DNA of 64,000 nt from Owenia fusiformis (lineage: Eukaryota), in NCBI GenBank assembly GCA_903813345.2, contig CAIIXF020000001.1:2790001-2854000 (forward strand), given 5' to 3'. The position numbers and the translations under genes were made by a program. Below are positions 10,930 to 25,800 of the stretch, one piece after another (within the stretch, counting starts at the first letter, position 1; the number at the start of each line of letters is the position of its first letter). The notes below the pieces were generated by a model. The model saw only the letters and a program-made list of their open reading frames with translations. It ran no database searches and was not told the origin of the DNA.

Positions 10930-13900
10930 TATTAAAGTATTACCAACTTAATGGAAGGAGTTTGTCACATAGTGAATGTATCATCAATGAGGTATGAGAA
11001 TGATAACATTAACCTCGTGTGAACTTTGTGACAGTTCAAGTAAATTGATGGATAATTTCACAGTTATACATGTGAAACATGCCATTTGGTTGTGTATGGA
11101 CTCCTATGTTGTCCCTTACAGTCTCATATTCAAACACTATTTCAGGGGAAAAAAGAAGAAAATTTCAGGGAATTTCAGGGGGATACAAAGATTTGATATA
11201 AGTCTTCCAGATCTGCTTCAAACCAAAAGAGTTAATCACATTTTTTTCTTTTTTGAGTACTTTTTTAACATATGTGAGAATCCAATATTTCTATCTTCAA
11301 GGGAGTCCTATTGGAAAGTGACTTTTTCATGTCTGGGATTCTTATAATGGTGTGTTGATATCTCTGTCTCAGACCATAGCTTTATAGTTTAGGTTAAAAT
11401 AACATGTGTTGACTGATATGAGTAGCTTGACAGAAAATATTATCAGAAGCCTAGGCAAACACTTGAAAGTTATCCTCTAAACATATCTCAGTTTCAAAAA
11501 GTGGGGTAATTAAAGTCGTATAGTATTATTTTCCAACTTATTGCACCCGTAATTATAGCGTTGATGGTCTTTATTATGACATTGATCACTGTGATTCCAG
11601 ACGTGTAAACTCCTCTTAAAAATACCTCGTTTAAAACAAGTGCGTCACAAATACATCCCCTTTTAAGTTTGACATTAAAAGAACAGTTGAAAAGAACGTT
11701 TTTCTCAGTTTCAAGATGGAGGGTGATGACATCATTGAACAGTTACCAGATTTCAGTGTTTAGAGATGGACCAACCAAAACTGAAGGCTTCATAAACAAA
11801 ACTGTCAGGCTCGATTTTACATGACCAAACAAATGTATGTGTAGCTCTGGAAAGCATGCAAAAAGTGAAATGGTTTTAAATTACACGATTGCTCCAAACG
11901 TTTCTGTGTTTGTCTACAAATCGCCACATTCTTTCAGTCATCTCATGTAGAAGTATATCTTCTCTCTTTCTTATGGGGTTGCTTCCTTCATATAAGCTCT
12001 CCTCTTATCCTAAATTGTTTTCATATTTTGCTAAATACCACTAGAAAAATGTTTTGGTAGAGACTTTGAAGATGATAGGTTTATAAACTGTGCTCTTGTG
12101 AACCTAAGGCCAGTCGGTTTCTGAGATACCTATTAAGAAAATGACATTTTTGTTGTGTTTAAGTGATGTTTAGTTAAGATGGAATCAAGTAAAAATTAGT
12201 GAATTTTACAGCAGATATTGCACAATATGAATTCAAATAATATAAAATCAAAGTGTTCCCCCAAACTATAGAAATAGACCAGAAAATGGGAGATAAGGGA
12301 AACTTATGGGGAAGTCTGTATAATATGCTTAGTCCAGTGTATTTGTACAGAACAAGGAGATAAATCTCAAGCCTTTGGTGCTTGATGCTAGCAAAGTTCT
12401 ACTTTGTTTTCCTATATGTGAATCCATGATATATATTGAAAGACAAATCAGTGTTACAAGAAACCTGTTATCTCATGCCTTTATCTGTGATGGTGTATGA
12501 CCTTGTACTTGGTGAATCATTCAGAGCATCGTATGGTGTTGAAACAAGATCTCTGGCATCTATGTCATGTCTGGTGATATCATCAACTCATACCCTTTTC
12601 CATACCCTTTCCATAGTTTCGTTTGCTTACTCTAAGCTCCCTCCAGGTCCCAGGGTATATTCAAGAGTCTGTGCCACATGGTAGAAATTAACCTTCCTTT
12701 GCTTTGAAAAAATCGAAAGTAGGATATTCAAATTGTTTTTTCCCAGACAGCCATTTATATTTTACAGTTAGGTGAATAATTTCAATGTTTGGGCATTTGT
12801 TATGGCACATCAGACATACAACCACATAATACCATCTGATGGCTTGTAAATATTTCTAATTGATTACAGCACTGTTAACAAGGCCCTGATTGTTTAGCTT
12901 AGAGAATTAAAACCAGATTTTGTGTTAATCATTATAAATGCTTTGTCTGTATCTCCTCCATTCATACATATGAATTGTGTTTATAGCAGACATTTGCTAA
13001 TCTGACCCATGTTGAGGCACAGGACCTATACTCACCACAAGACCTGGTAAACAGATCCTTAAACAACACTCCAGACAGTGGCTGTGGAGATAATGAGATG
13101 GTCACTTTAGAAGTGTGCTAGGTGTTCTCCCCAGGATTTTTTTATCTCAAGTGGGTGCACATTTGTCATGTTTGCAGTTCACTCGTAAAATATGCTTATG
13201 CTTTCTTATGTTTTCTTATTTCCATCTAATTTTCATGTGGTTTTCAAATCGCAATGAGGCAGCACCTTGTTTAGACCACTGACCCATTATTTCTTTATAG
13301 GATATAGGTTTTAAAGGGGGGGGGGGGAGGTTTCAAATTGACCTTCAAAACACATTTATACTTCAACAGACCTTCATCTTTTCTTATTTCTGGACTAACA
13401 ATGAATGGACCAAGGAGCTCAAACTTACATATATGTTATTGAAAGTTACAATATGCTATGTTATAATTTTCAATATCTAAGTCAAACTTGACCCAGGGTC
13501 AATGGATTATGGCCTAACTTGTGACTTTATAGACGTTTTGTAGCATAGAAACATTCCATTCAATAATGTAATACTATTTTCTACTAGACTTCCTACAGGA
13601 TTAAGTAAGAAACCACTTTGCAGCGTGTGCAAGGCCTCTGTTTTCCCCCAACAATCTTTACTGAGCCATAAATGTGATAATTCTATGATAAATGTATTCT
13701 AAAGCGCTGCACTCATTCACTCTTGTTGAGAAATGGTGGAATTTATGAGTGGATTATCAAGAGTAGGTCACGGTTTATAACAACCTGGTTATTGGTTTGG
13801 TAGTCCTGCATCAAGCCCCTGAACTCACATTATTCTTAGAGTGAGTAGGAGAAAGCATATGTGGTGGATACAGGGGATATATGCAAAACTATGCATTCTG

Positions 13901-15423
13901 GTTTACCAGACCCCTTTTATCTGCTGCTTTCGTGGAAAGTTCAAGACAAATGGGGCGTGTGTATTGCAATGGATTGGACTGGTTTATTTGAAGGTAATTC
14001 ACTCTTTCCTCCCACTTATGTTACAATACAATTTTTAAGACTGATGAATATATGCCTGTAAGGCCAGATATGTTATTTATCTGGTAAGAAACTGGAATAG
14101 TGCTAAATGAGGCCTTTGCCCCTCCCCATGATCAGTGCCCACTTTGTGCTTTAGGCCCATGAGGTATGGAAGAATGATCATTGCAAGACAAGAAGTGGAG
14201 CTGACATTTCTAGAATTGATGCCACATGTGATTGTCAGTGTCATTGACTCATATGTCATGTCAGTTATATTGTTTTTATACAGTGATTCAGACTCTACGT
14301 TTCCCCCTTCATAGAAGATGTTGACACTTTGAAAGTGCATATATGTATTACAATTGTAACTCTCTTAAGAGCAGTATCATCTTTAAGATATAAAATTGAA
14401 CTATTTAAAAGGGTAGTGTCTTCCATGATGGATTATTTGTTTCATTTGATGAGTTCTAGCATCTCTTACGATATACTTGTATTTAAAATACCTCTTAGAT
14501 GAGTACCATATAATGTTTATATTTGGAACCTGATAAATAATTCATTTCATAGCATTTGTGTCGTCGTTTATCTATCACTTTTTCTGATTGATGTTTTCAA
14601 TTTTATTAATGACATATTGCTTTTCCAGATCCATTTGCTTTTTTAATAGAGGTCTAATTTAGAATGCCCCTCAGAGCTAAGACCCATTTATATTATGGTT
14701 TCAACATTCTTAGATACTTAGTTGATACTGCAGTAAGATTCATTACAGACAGTTAAATAAAGTAGATAGGTTCTGTATTTTAGGGATCATCCTACCTTAA
14801 GCCTATAGGCTTAATAATAGGCTTAATAATTGCAGATGAAGCTCTCTTTTGAAGGAGCAAAAATCAGATTATTGAGAAGGGTAGAATCTCCCAAGTCTGA
14901 TCAAAACATTGCATGCTTCATCCAGGTAGAAATTAGCAATGTTTAAGACCACAGAGAATATTTCCGATTTCTGGAATTGATTATCTCCCATCCAGCACTC
15001 TTGTGTATCCAGGCCTCTTCAAACCCTTGGATAACTGGTACATGAAGAACCTGTGGATCAAAACATGCCATATCAGCATATTTAAAGGAAGTTAACTTTC
15101 CCAGAGTTAAACAGTTATAAAAAATTCCAGACAAAATATCATTTTTTTATCTCGTCTATCAGTGTGTATTAAACAATGAAGATTTGTGTAATAGTTCTAA
15201 AGAGTCTTAGGAAGTAATGAAGCCAAGTTAATGCAATTTGTGATAATATTGCCAGAACTAATTTCCGAAACAAAACAACACCTAAGAAACACTTTTCAGT
15301 AATCTTAAACATGAAATTTCAACAAGTTGATGAGACTAACTTCCTGGCATTGCTTGAGATATTTAACATGACTGATGTTTGAGATACCAAATGCCAGATT
15401 ATTGCTGGTATCAATCTTATATA

Positions 15424-15609
15424 CAGTAAAACCTGTCTAATTCAGATGCTTCTCGAATCAGCCAGAAGTGTTCAATTGAGCAGGTGTTCACATTTCGATC
15501 TTTTATAAACATGAAAATTAACAGGAGATAAAAAATTTGGAAAGAGTAAAAGTGTTCACATTGAGATGTGTTTGAATTGGACAGGTGTTCATATATAAAG
15601 ATGTTACTG
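15424..15609. mobile_element. Family A Tc1/mariner-type MITE
   Basis: TA|CAGTAAAACCTGTCTAAT...TTACTG|TA, with internal GTGTTCA repeats. Confidence 0.7.
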
Positions 15610-18600
15610 TACTGTTAAGAACCCTTTCCTGTGTGAATAGATTGCGACAAAATTGTGCAGTAGCCAAAACATGATGTTCTGCCAAAGTTAACCAAATATG
15701 GTGAATGAAAATATTTTGAGAAAATTATGAATTGTTTAATGTAAGAATCAATGGGACTTTCAACTTCCATCATGTGATATTGATAGGTTATTGGCCAAGA
15801 CAAAAATGCATTCTGCTTCTTCGCTTTGAACTATATAAACTGCAAAAAGTAAATTGTCTAGGAGGATATGGGTGTTCTTTTGTGGGTCATACTTTTGTGT
15901 CTTATTTAAACATAAACTTTGCCACTTATTGAATGTGTCTCAAAACATAAAAAGCAACTATATCAAGTTTCTTATCATGATATTTGTGTTATTTTTAGCT
16001 CTTGCTGAAAGTTTTTTTAAATCCTTAGTATTGGGGGTGGGATTTGGGTATTTTATCAACAGTATACAATTTTTTTACCCTTTGCAATCGTTTGACTTCA
16101 CTTCTTAAAATAGAGCTTCATAGTTTAACTAGACCCTGCACGCAGGGTTCAATTTTTTCTGCTTGCTTTAAACAAAATTGAGAGTTTTTTTAAAAAAAAG
16201 AAAAATATAACTGTTTCCATAATAAAATGTTGATTTCTATTCATTTTGCCTGTTGTTTTTTTCATTTATTTTGCCTTTTTCTTATTGTTTTTGCCTGTTC
16301 TTTTTATTCCTTTTGCCTGTTGATTTTATTCATTTTGCCCTTTGCCTCAAATTCTAATGATCAGTACACTTGATTCGATCAATCTATTAGCACTGAGGGG
16401 TGTGATAGTTTTGTTTCTAATGCGAAACAAGTGATGTAAGATCAATTCTTACATGCTATATACTTCCCAAGTTCCCTGTAAAACATCATGTTATTTAAAC
16501 AAAGGCTTCAACAGCCTATCAATTACACATATCAGAAGGTGAGATTATCAATACTCCTGGCTACCAGTAATGAATTGTCCATATAAGGCTACTTAGTCCC
16601 AGGCTGTCCATATTTACAAAAAGCATGTTGAAGTACTGGGTTTACATCAATCCAATGTGTGATGTTCCATGAAATTTTGTATTTAGAAGTAGTAAAAGGC
16701 TGTTCTCGTCAACTAAAATGTGTAAATGAAAATTGAATTATCTACATTTCTAAAAAGCTATATTTTGTTGAAGAGATGGGACCAAGTTAAAAATTGAAAA
16801 TGTGTAGACAAGTTAAGTTTAACATCTTGAGATGACCCCTAGAGAGCCTGTCTCAAATTATAATTTGGTGGTTAAAATTATTTTCTTAAGAGACAACCCC
16901 TCAAGTGCTTATGACTAAAAAAGTTGATTTTGTGGTTGAAATTGTTTTCTTTGGGAAACGCTATTGTTTTGATGCGCTGAACATAATCTAAAATGTACTA
17001 TTAAAACTTTGTCAGACCCATGTAACTAAACATCCTCCTCTGTAACCTTGCATGATTTTCATTAGATTTATTTTGTGGATAAGTAACCTCTATTTCCTGT
17101 TTTGCTTGTAGGCTATAGAGAAAGAGATTCTTGAATATAATTCTTATTGTATTGTATATAGTACATATTTATTATTATGAGATAGAGGGTTGAAGGTTAG
17201 AATGTGCCCCAGGCATTGCAAATCTTGTGAAAGGTGGTTGCCATAGGTCCATCCCAGATATATTTACAAATGTAGTGTCTATGTCACTACGACCTAGTAA
17301 GATAACAAGTCAATAGCTACCTGTAATTCAACTTTCAGTATGCTCAAGCTTTATCATGAATATCGCTAATGAAGATGCACATATGGAAATCAAAATTGTT
17401 ATTGGAATTATATGTGACAATATTTCCTTTTCAATATCCCGTAGTTGTATCAACAGCTTACGCTTTCAAGTACACATATTGAGCCCAGAGTGTTAAGCGA
17501 GTCATAAATAAAAAAAAAAGATTGAAGAAATATGACTTGTAAATGTGCAGTATTTTAAACTAAATAGTTTCATATTTTGACAAATTTATTTCAGTGTTTA
17601 TAAATCTTGGTTCAGTAGATTGTTATTAACGAATATAAGTTTTATCGAAAAGTGAAGTTAAACCTTCTTTAAATCTCAATTAGAAAGATAAAAGTCCAGT
17701 AGGTGTTTTACAAATACATTGTTGAAGTGTTCTATGTATAGCTAGGGTTATCAGGTTGTGAATAGAAACATATGTTTGAGATTTTAACACCTCTACATCA
17801 GGACATCATATATGAGAATTTAACATGATGTCCAGTTTTATTTTCAAGAGTCGCCTATTCAAGTTAATTTAACAATATCAAAAATAAATGTGATAATTCT
17901 TTCAATTGTTTTTTTTGAAGATGTTTTTGAAATGAGTATAAATTCCAATTACATTTAATTGACACAAGCTATTTTTTATTCCAAGCTGACAGTAATTGGC
18001 GTTATATCGCTTTTATTAGACCATAATTGTTTATTTTTCGTATTCAAGATGAATATGTGTAAAACAGCAGGCCCTGCTCTTTGCGTGTTACCCTCCCCCC
18101 AGGCAGCCTCCATACATACTTTTCGCCTAACACAAATGTGTGTGTTTTTGTGTGAAGTTTTTTATAACTTTGAACTTTGTGCGCTCAGTAGGTTAACTGT
18201 TTATTAAAGGCAACTACTACATGTGACATGCCAGACAAAAACAGTAGGTGGCGCCATTAACACATTTTATTTTTCATCCACATAATTATTCCAATAATTA
18301 TGATTCAATGATAGTTTGTATAGAAGTGTTTCCGTTTATTATTCACTTTTGTTTTCATGTATTATATGTTTATGTAAAATTGAATTTAATGCTACTGTCT
18401 GAAAAACTTCTCTGGCCCAGATATTAGACATCATTACCAAAAGTGAGTTTATGGTTTATAATGCAGCAATTAAATGATTTGAATAAAACGTACATGAGAA
18501 ATGTTCAATATTTATCAACATTTTGAATTTTGTAATTAGTCATCAGATGTTTTCTACTGATTTTCTTATCAAGTAGAGTCAGCTGGTATGCTTTTAGTTT

Positions 18601-21088
18601 GCATCAATTAAATGACTAGTGTTTGTATTATATCCTGCGTTAGATATTACAATCAATTTTATTGCCTGTCCTTAATATGCTACTACAAACACATATTCTT
18701 ACAGCCTTACAGACAGAAATACATGACGTTCAACAAGTCAAATTTATGGCTGTTTTAGAGTTTGAGCTCTTAGTTTTTAGTAGTTTGAGCTTTTTATCTG
18801 TATTATATGTGTGATATACGGCGGTGCTATCACCGTTAACATGTATTGATTGTAGGATATTTAATGCCATCAAACTCAACTTTTGTGAGCCATTTCACTT
18901 AGAGTTAATGTCTGTTCAGTTAAAAGTTGATAATCTTGATCACCTATTTATCCCAAAATAACATTATAACACATACTAATTTTAGACTGAATAATACTGA
19001 AAAGTGGTCAATAATATATGACAGAAAGCAGTATTTGAATCAGATAGAATTAGAACTATATAAACTATCATCTGAAACTTTTGCTATTAAAGGGTGACGC
19101 ATATCGTTTAGCAAATCGAACGCTCGTTTCTGGTGTTGCTCACCGTTTAGTATAAAAGGCCCGATCCCGGAATAATACTCAAGGGTTCACAGGTTCGAGA
19201 TCGTTGTGTCAACACCTCTAACTGTTATATAGCATAAGTATATTATAGATCGTCACACATTTATAAAAGGGTGATTTTTATTTTGACAAATCAATTCCAC
19301 ATTTATGGGTGAAGTTTCAGGATCTTCTGTTTGTGTATAATAAGGAAAAATTGGCATCTAAATTTCCCCATAATGTAATAGCACACAGATTGGCATATGA
19401 AATATCCTACAAATGAAACAAAGCAAGACAAACCGGTTTCTAATACAAGGATTTATATTGGATGTTGTACATGTATTCTTTGAACGCAATCACTCTTTGG
19501 ATAACGTTTTCAAAATCATTATAAACAGATTACTTTATCTCAAAGACAATTTCAATAAACTGGATTTTACAGAACTCCCCTTATTTCTTAAAAATGGACT
19601 GATCCAGTTGATTCGCCTGGAGCCGCCATATTGTTTTTATACGGGATGCTAATCGGAACCCTTTAAAATAATGGACTTGGGACTTATTTACCAATGCTTG
19701 GAAAGAACAAATTAATTTGCTCTGAAAGCTAATGCATTAACAGAATGGCATATAAAGCTAACACGAGACCTCTGTTAGCATGATACATTTATGGTGATCC
19801 CTCCCGGCAGCTTTCTGATGGCTTCTCATTGAAGACAAACATCTAGGATGATATCTCTTTAATGAACTCCCTATTAACTAAGACGTAATCATACATTTGC
19901 AGTTCACTTTTACGAAAATTACTTATTTGGGAAGGAAATTATCAGAATTTTAGCTCCTTATAGTGTCGGTTTGACTTTTGTAAGTTAACACACCTTTGGC
20001 AGATCAGGCGTAATATCATGGGGCGAAATGTCATATTTTATTCTAAAATGTTCGCCGTGTTTTGTTCTGCAATTTAAGTTTCCATGTATCTATAATAATA
20101 TTTGTTATATTGAGTGGCTTAATGGATATACCGTATCCTGTTATGATTGTTGTATGATTTGGTATCAAGCTTAATATTGATTGATTGCTCTTAGCTTCAG
20201 GATGTCCTTTGTAATGAATTTCTTAACATTTTTGAAAAAAATATTTCACCAAGAATATGGGCCCCCTTGGAAACTCCAGATGAGTATGCTTACAGCTATT
20301 TGGTATTTTAATAATAATGAAAAATTCCAAGACAGGAGTAAATCGATGTGTCATGCTGATCTATTTGTGATTTCCTTGTGAATCCAGGTCATTATGACAT
20401 TTTATTGGCTATTTCTCTGGAAGGTGTCAATGCGTACTTCTAATCTGTTATTTTTCCATGGATCGCCCCATGTGCTACAAAATCTGTGAAATGTAACTGA
20501 ATCAATAATTATCAGACATGTTTTAATTATAAATGGTTCATTACTTTTTCACTGGGTCCTTACTAGATTAGGAAACGGGAGTTGTATTACTAGGAGTATT
20601 ATCAACAAATAGCATTGATTTATCATTAAACCTAACAATGCACTATCAACATTCAATTGCTTTGATATTTAGCCTGCAATTAACAGTAGACTAATCCTAT
20701 ATACTAGCTTAGGCTTGAATAATTTAGAGAACTAATCCTATACAAATGAGTCTGATATCGGTAGAATTTGATTAGTCAAATTGAGTACATTCATTTTTTA
20801 CTTGTTGTTTGTTCTATCTGCCATTTCTTCGCCAATTCTTCTTTTTTATGTTTTTGTTTGTTTGATTATGCAACCATTGGAATCAAAGGTCAACATGCAA
20901 CCAACTCATTCGTTACGCTCTCATATCTCAGCCATATGACAAGAAGAGAATCTTGAGATATTCAAAATAGAGTACATGTTTGAATACCTACAATCATCTT
21001 ACCGTTCAGAGAACAGTTAAGTCAATGTTTTAAAGTGTAGTGACCCAAGATTACTCATCCTGATCTATCAAACCCTCTCTTAGCTATT

Positions 21089-21256
21089 CAGTAAAACCTC
21101 TAATTTGAACACTACACATACTGGCCAAATGTGTTTGGATTGGCAGGTGTTCACATTTTAGGTTTAACATGAAAGTCTGTGGCAGATTAAAAGCACTAAG
21201 TAAAAGGCGTTCATATTGAGAAGTGATCATGGAAGAAAAGTATACAGGTTTAATAG
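21089..21256. mobile_element. Family A MITE (degenerate)
   Basis: CAGTAAAACCTC...ACAGGTTTAATAG, with internal GGTGTTCACATTT shared with other copies. Confidence 0.6.
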
Positions 21257-21420
21257 TACTATTTATTCTTCAATGAGAGGAGTACGATCGCTGTTAAAAC
21301 CACAATGCCCTAGACTAATTATATTTCATAATTATCTAGACTAAATATATACATCTTGTAATACACAGTATGAATTAAGAGGTTAGATAACAAATTAACA
21401 ATAATTCATTTTTATCACCA

Positions 21421-21564
21421 TGTGACTTTTTGCCAAGCAGAAGAATTGAGGTGGCAGCAGAAGGTGGTCATGACAAGAAAAATAATTACTATTTTATTGT
21501 TGTGACTTTTTGCCAAGTAGCAGAAGGTAGTCATGACAAGAAAAATAATCACTATTTTATTGTT
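21421..21564. repeat. Local tandem duplication (~65-80 bp)
   Basis: TGTGACTTTTTGCCAAG..AGCAGAAGGT.GTCATGACAAGAAAAATAAT.ACTATTTTATTGTT present twice. Confidence 0.8.
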
Positions 21565-22269
21565 TGAGAATGATCTCATTGCTTGCTTGTCACTCACACT
21601 GTGTAGTTATCATATCTCTCTACTCTTAGGTGCCAAAGTAAGTACAGTTGATATAAATCACAATGATATTTACATCATGGTGTTGACTAAACCTGACTGC
21701 AATGTCAAGTTTAGGTTTTCTAACATTTGATCTCAATTATTCTACTCTTTGAATTTGAAGGAGGGCTAATTCTGAATGTCAAGCTGGTAGCTTCATGTCA
21801 TCATGATTCCATCCCATATCAGTGTAATACTATAATTTTATCACCAACTAATATACTTTTTAAGTGATTGATTATATATGAATGTCATCTTGTGCTCTTT
21901 TAGTGGATTGATACAGGGATCAATTAGTACAAAAATGAGTAGTTGTTTGGTAATGATTAATGAAAATAGAGGATATGAAATGGACATTAATGTTGTCACT
22001 ACCATTGGGTTTCCCCTTTCTTTGAATGTGTTCTCCATTGAGATACAAAATAACATAATGAGTTGAGTTACAGACCACTAGCACGGAGAGGAGAAGGGGT
22101 TAAATGAGATGTGAAAGGGGAAACAGTTTGTGAGACACATTCTGGTAGGAAAAATGGTCTGGGAGAGTTTTTAATTTGATTGAAAGTTTCTCATTCAGTT
22201 CTTTGATTTCTAATATATGTGATTTTCCCCTTGGGAGGCAAGTATCCCTTCTAGGTGCCAAAGGATCTG

Positions 22270-22355
22270 ATGTATGGTTGTATACTTTGTATGGTTGTAT
22301 ACTTTGTATGGTTGTGTACTTTGTATGGTTGTGTGGGTGTATGATAGTGTACTTT
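22270..22355. repeat. 17-bp minisatellite (TGTATGGTTGTATACTT)n
   Basis: About 4-5 visible units. Confidence 0.8.
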
Positions 22356-22623
22356 ATTGCTCTTGACAAACAGAACAAACAAACACTTCTAATGTTGATG
22401 TTTTACTTATATTGTCATAATCCATCTGGATAGGCTATTGATATGAAAACTCCCTTTCTTATATGCATATAAGCTATGAATTGAAAATACTTTCTTGACA
22501 CATTTCGATTACTGATCGTGAACATTTTATTTTGATGAACTGTGTTATAAAGTGTACTTGAATATCATCTGGTGATCCGAGGTTATCAAAGCCATCCATT
22601 CATATTTATAGCTCAAACAACAA

Positions 22624-22843
22624 TTGAACTCTTGAAGACTTGACGGGATGAATTGTTGGGGCATTCTGTTCGTTTAATGTAGATAGCCTAGAGCACCATC
22701 TATTGAGAGTTTTCAGAGTCATTACAAAAATAATAGTTGAACTCTTTGAAGAATTAACGCAGATGAACATTGTTGGGTCAAGCTGTCTGTAATGTAGATC
22801 AGCTAGAGCACCATCTATTGAGAGTTTGCAGAGAGCCATTACA
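22624..22843. repeat. Diverged ~115-bp tandem duplication with conserved core CTAGAGCACCATCTATTGAGAGTTT
   Basis: Two copies starting TTGAACTCTT at about 22624 and 22737. Confidence 0.7.
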
Positions 22844-25800
22844 GTATATATGTACTTTCTATTACATATGGTTTTCTATATACATATTGCTACTCACTGC
22901 AAGTTGATCAATTTCAAGTTCAATTTGGATATGTCTCAAATTCAGAGAGTTTCTCTCCCTGAAACATATAAAAATGTTTAAGAAGCCAACTGATAAGGAC
23001 TGAGTTGCTATTTAGCATGCAGCTTGTCCCTTTGGGGTAAAGTGAGGTATAACATGGAGACATTATAGTCTGACCTCACGTCCATACCTTGACCCAATGG
23101 ACTGACCCGTCATGCTCATCTCTCACCTACATGTCAGTAGATTGTTTATCACAGCGTATTAGGATTAATTGGAGTTGGCACTAAGTATTACAATTTCACT
23201 CATCTGCTTAGATTGATAGAATGGAAGATACTGTTGTAGTAGTCTAGCTACAAGGCCTTTTGACCAATACTAAACATCTCCACCGTGTCAGAAGGTGTAT
23301 AGCCAAGTAGTAAGAGGGGGGTTTACTGGGGGCTTGAAGCTAGACTTCTGTTGTAGATTTATTTTCTATTTATTTTCGTGTAGCAACAATTTCATCCATT
23401 CTTCTACAGAAATCCACAACAATGTAACCTTGATTGTGAATGATTGTTTTCCTTTAGTAGCATCTGTATAATCCAGTCTTTACATCACCAAAATATTTTG
23501 ACATCCTGTTGGATTGAAGGTTACTTGCCATATGGAAAACTGGTAGTAATAGTTATAATACAGAAGTACAATATTTAGCTTTAACAGTTTACTTAGGAGA
23601 TCTTGACTGCAATGTATGTGATACAGGAACAGGTGGTGACGTGTGTGGAGTTGTGGATTCACTCAGCTTCTATGGCAACCCTTTTCATGTGTTACATGTG
23701 TTTTCAGAGAGATTCTCTTTAGTTGTTACTATTAGCTTGTGGATGTCCGGGTTCCTCTTTGGCTTATACTATTACTTATGAAAGTTTGCAGTGTTATGTA
23801 ATCCAGTTATTTATTTATTTAGTGAATATCTGAATTTTCACCTTTAAATTCAGCTCAAATTGAATCACTAATTTTAAAAAATATGATTCCATATCAAAAA
23901 CATGTATGATATGCTTTCTATAGTCTTGCGTCAAGCCCTTATGTCCATCTAGAGACATTATGCAATACTACTATATGCAGTATTTAAGAAACACTTTAGG
24001 TTGCTCCCACATACCAATTTCATGCTTAAAGATCATACTGAAATATATTATATGACGGATGATTAATGATTAGAACTTGTAAGGCTCTAGCCTGGCTAGG
24101 GGTACATTCTAAAGTGGCAGATCTCAGAGCTTTGCTGGTACCAAGCTATGTAAGGTTACCTCTCAACATCCAAGGCCAAGTGACACATTCTGATTCATTA
24201 GGGTCCCCCTTTCTCTCAAGCTTGAGAGGGACAGCCAGAAGTCTTGCTTCAAGTCTCTGAACACCACCAGATTGTGGGGAATGTAAAGTGGGGGCTGGGG
24301 GAGGGTTATAAGGGCTTGTAGCTAGACTAACACAGCCTGTACTCTAAGGGATACTACAAGCAGTAGATCCCACATTGCAAGTGTCATAAGACCCTGGATT
24401 CCTATTGGTTAGCCATGCTACCCTCTTAGGATCTACATAATTTCAAAGTTTTGAATTATGGGCTTAGCAACCTTCTGTTGCTTTATTATGTTGTCTTTGG
24501 AAAATAATTTAGATTCAAAAATATCTTCAACAGCTTTATATCTCCTTATTCTGGGCCGACTCAGGGGATCAATTAGTATCTCTTTTTCGAAAGAAACAAA
24601 AATCAAGCTGTTAAGTTGATAAGGGTAATACGTCTTTTAATTTTGTTCAGGGAAAAAGAGAACAGATTGGGAGGGGGCGGTTTTATATTAGAAATTGAGA
24701 AGATTAACAAAAATAAAAGTGTCTCAAATAATATAGAAAACATGCATCAATGAACAATTCCAGTAAAAATGGCAATCACAAGTGAAATAGAAATTGCTAG
24801 CTGACAGCTGATGGATTCTACATTGGGGACAATTGAATAAAACTGGGGAATGACCATTATAATGCATTTAGTAATGGATGAAGGATATGTATTGTCACTT
24901 CAATTGATTGTTCCATCTGTGATTGTTCCTCTCAAGAGAGACGAAAATCAGATTATTGCTGTATAAGAAGACATAATGTATCTACAAGGTGACTTCTATG
25001 ACCAGCCTCGTACTCTAAGAATTAAATAAGTCAACTTTCAAGTCCTTTTATCTCCCTGCCCCGTTATTCTGGGTCCCCTGTACATCTCAACTCCATATAA
25101 GGGATTGAGGCGGAGCTTGAGACTTAATGAAAAATACTAGAATTCATTTAATATGCGGGGGTACAATCAGTGGGTGCCTGTATAATTTTGATTGAAAATA
25201 ATCTATTTAACCAGTCTTTTGTATCTGTCTACATAAATTAATATTGAATTGTTCGTAATACTTATGTCTACATATGGAACCCACATCTTCACAAATTAAC
25301 AATTTAATTAAATCATGGAGAGGAAATTTGTGAGGATGTTGCTATGTAAACCTGTATGAGATGATATACCAGCATCCAGGTTGCTGTCATTAGAGCTAAT
25401 TACTTAAAAAACATACATAAGGCAGGTATAGGTTGATTGGTTACATGGGAATATCAATGCACAGGGTACTTATAGAAAGTATGGGTAAACCAGAGAAGGA
25501 ATATACAGGGCAGACATATGATTAGGTACAAAGTATATAGGGATATCAATATACAGGGGATGGGGGGTGGGCAGATCTGGTTGATAAGGTAGATGGGACC
25601 ATCAATACAGAGGGCACATTTAGATTTGTCACCCTATGGCTTTGACCACTCTAAACTAAATGTTCAGTATTATCATCTCTGCCTTGTATACAAGTATATA
25701 TTGGATGACCCAAGAAGCCTCAACTCATTTCATGGTCATCTGATTTTATCTTGAATACATGTTTTCTTGATGCAAACCAGTGTTATATTTGCCCCAGGTG

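Noticed and set aside
19091-19662. CpG-richer segment bounded by TTAA-AGGGT...ACCCT-TTAA (Kolobok-like?)
   Set aside because: The terminal match is only about 5 bp; insufficient to call an element.
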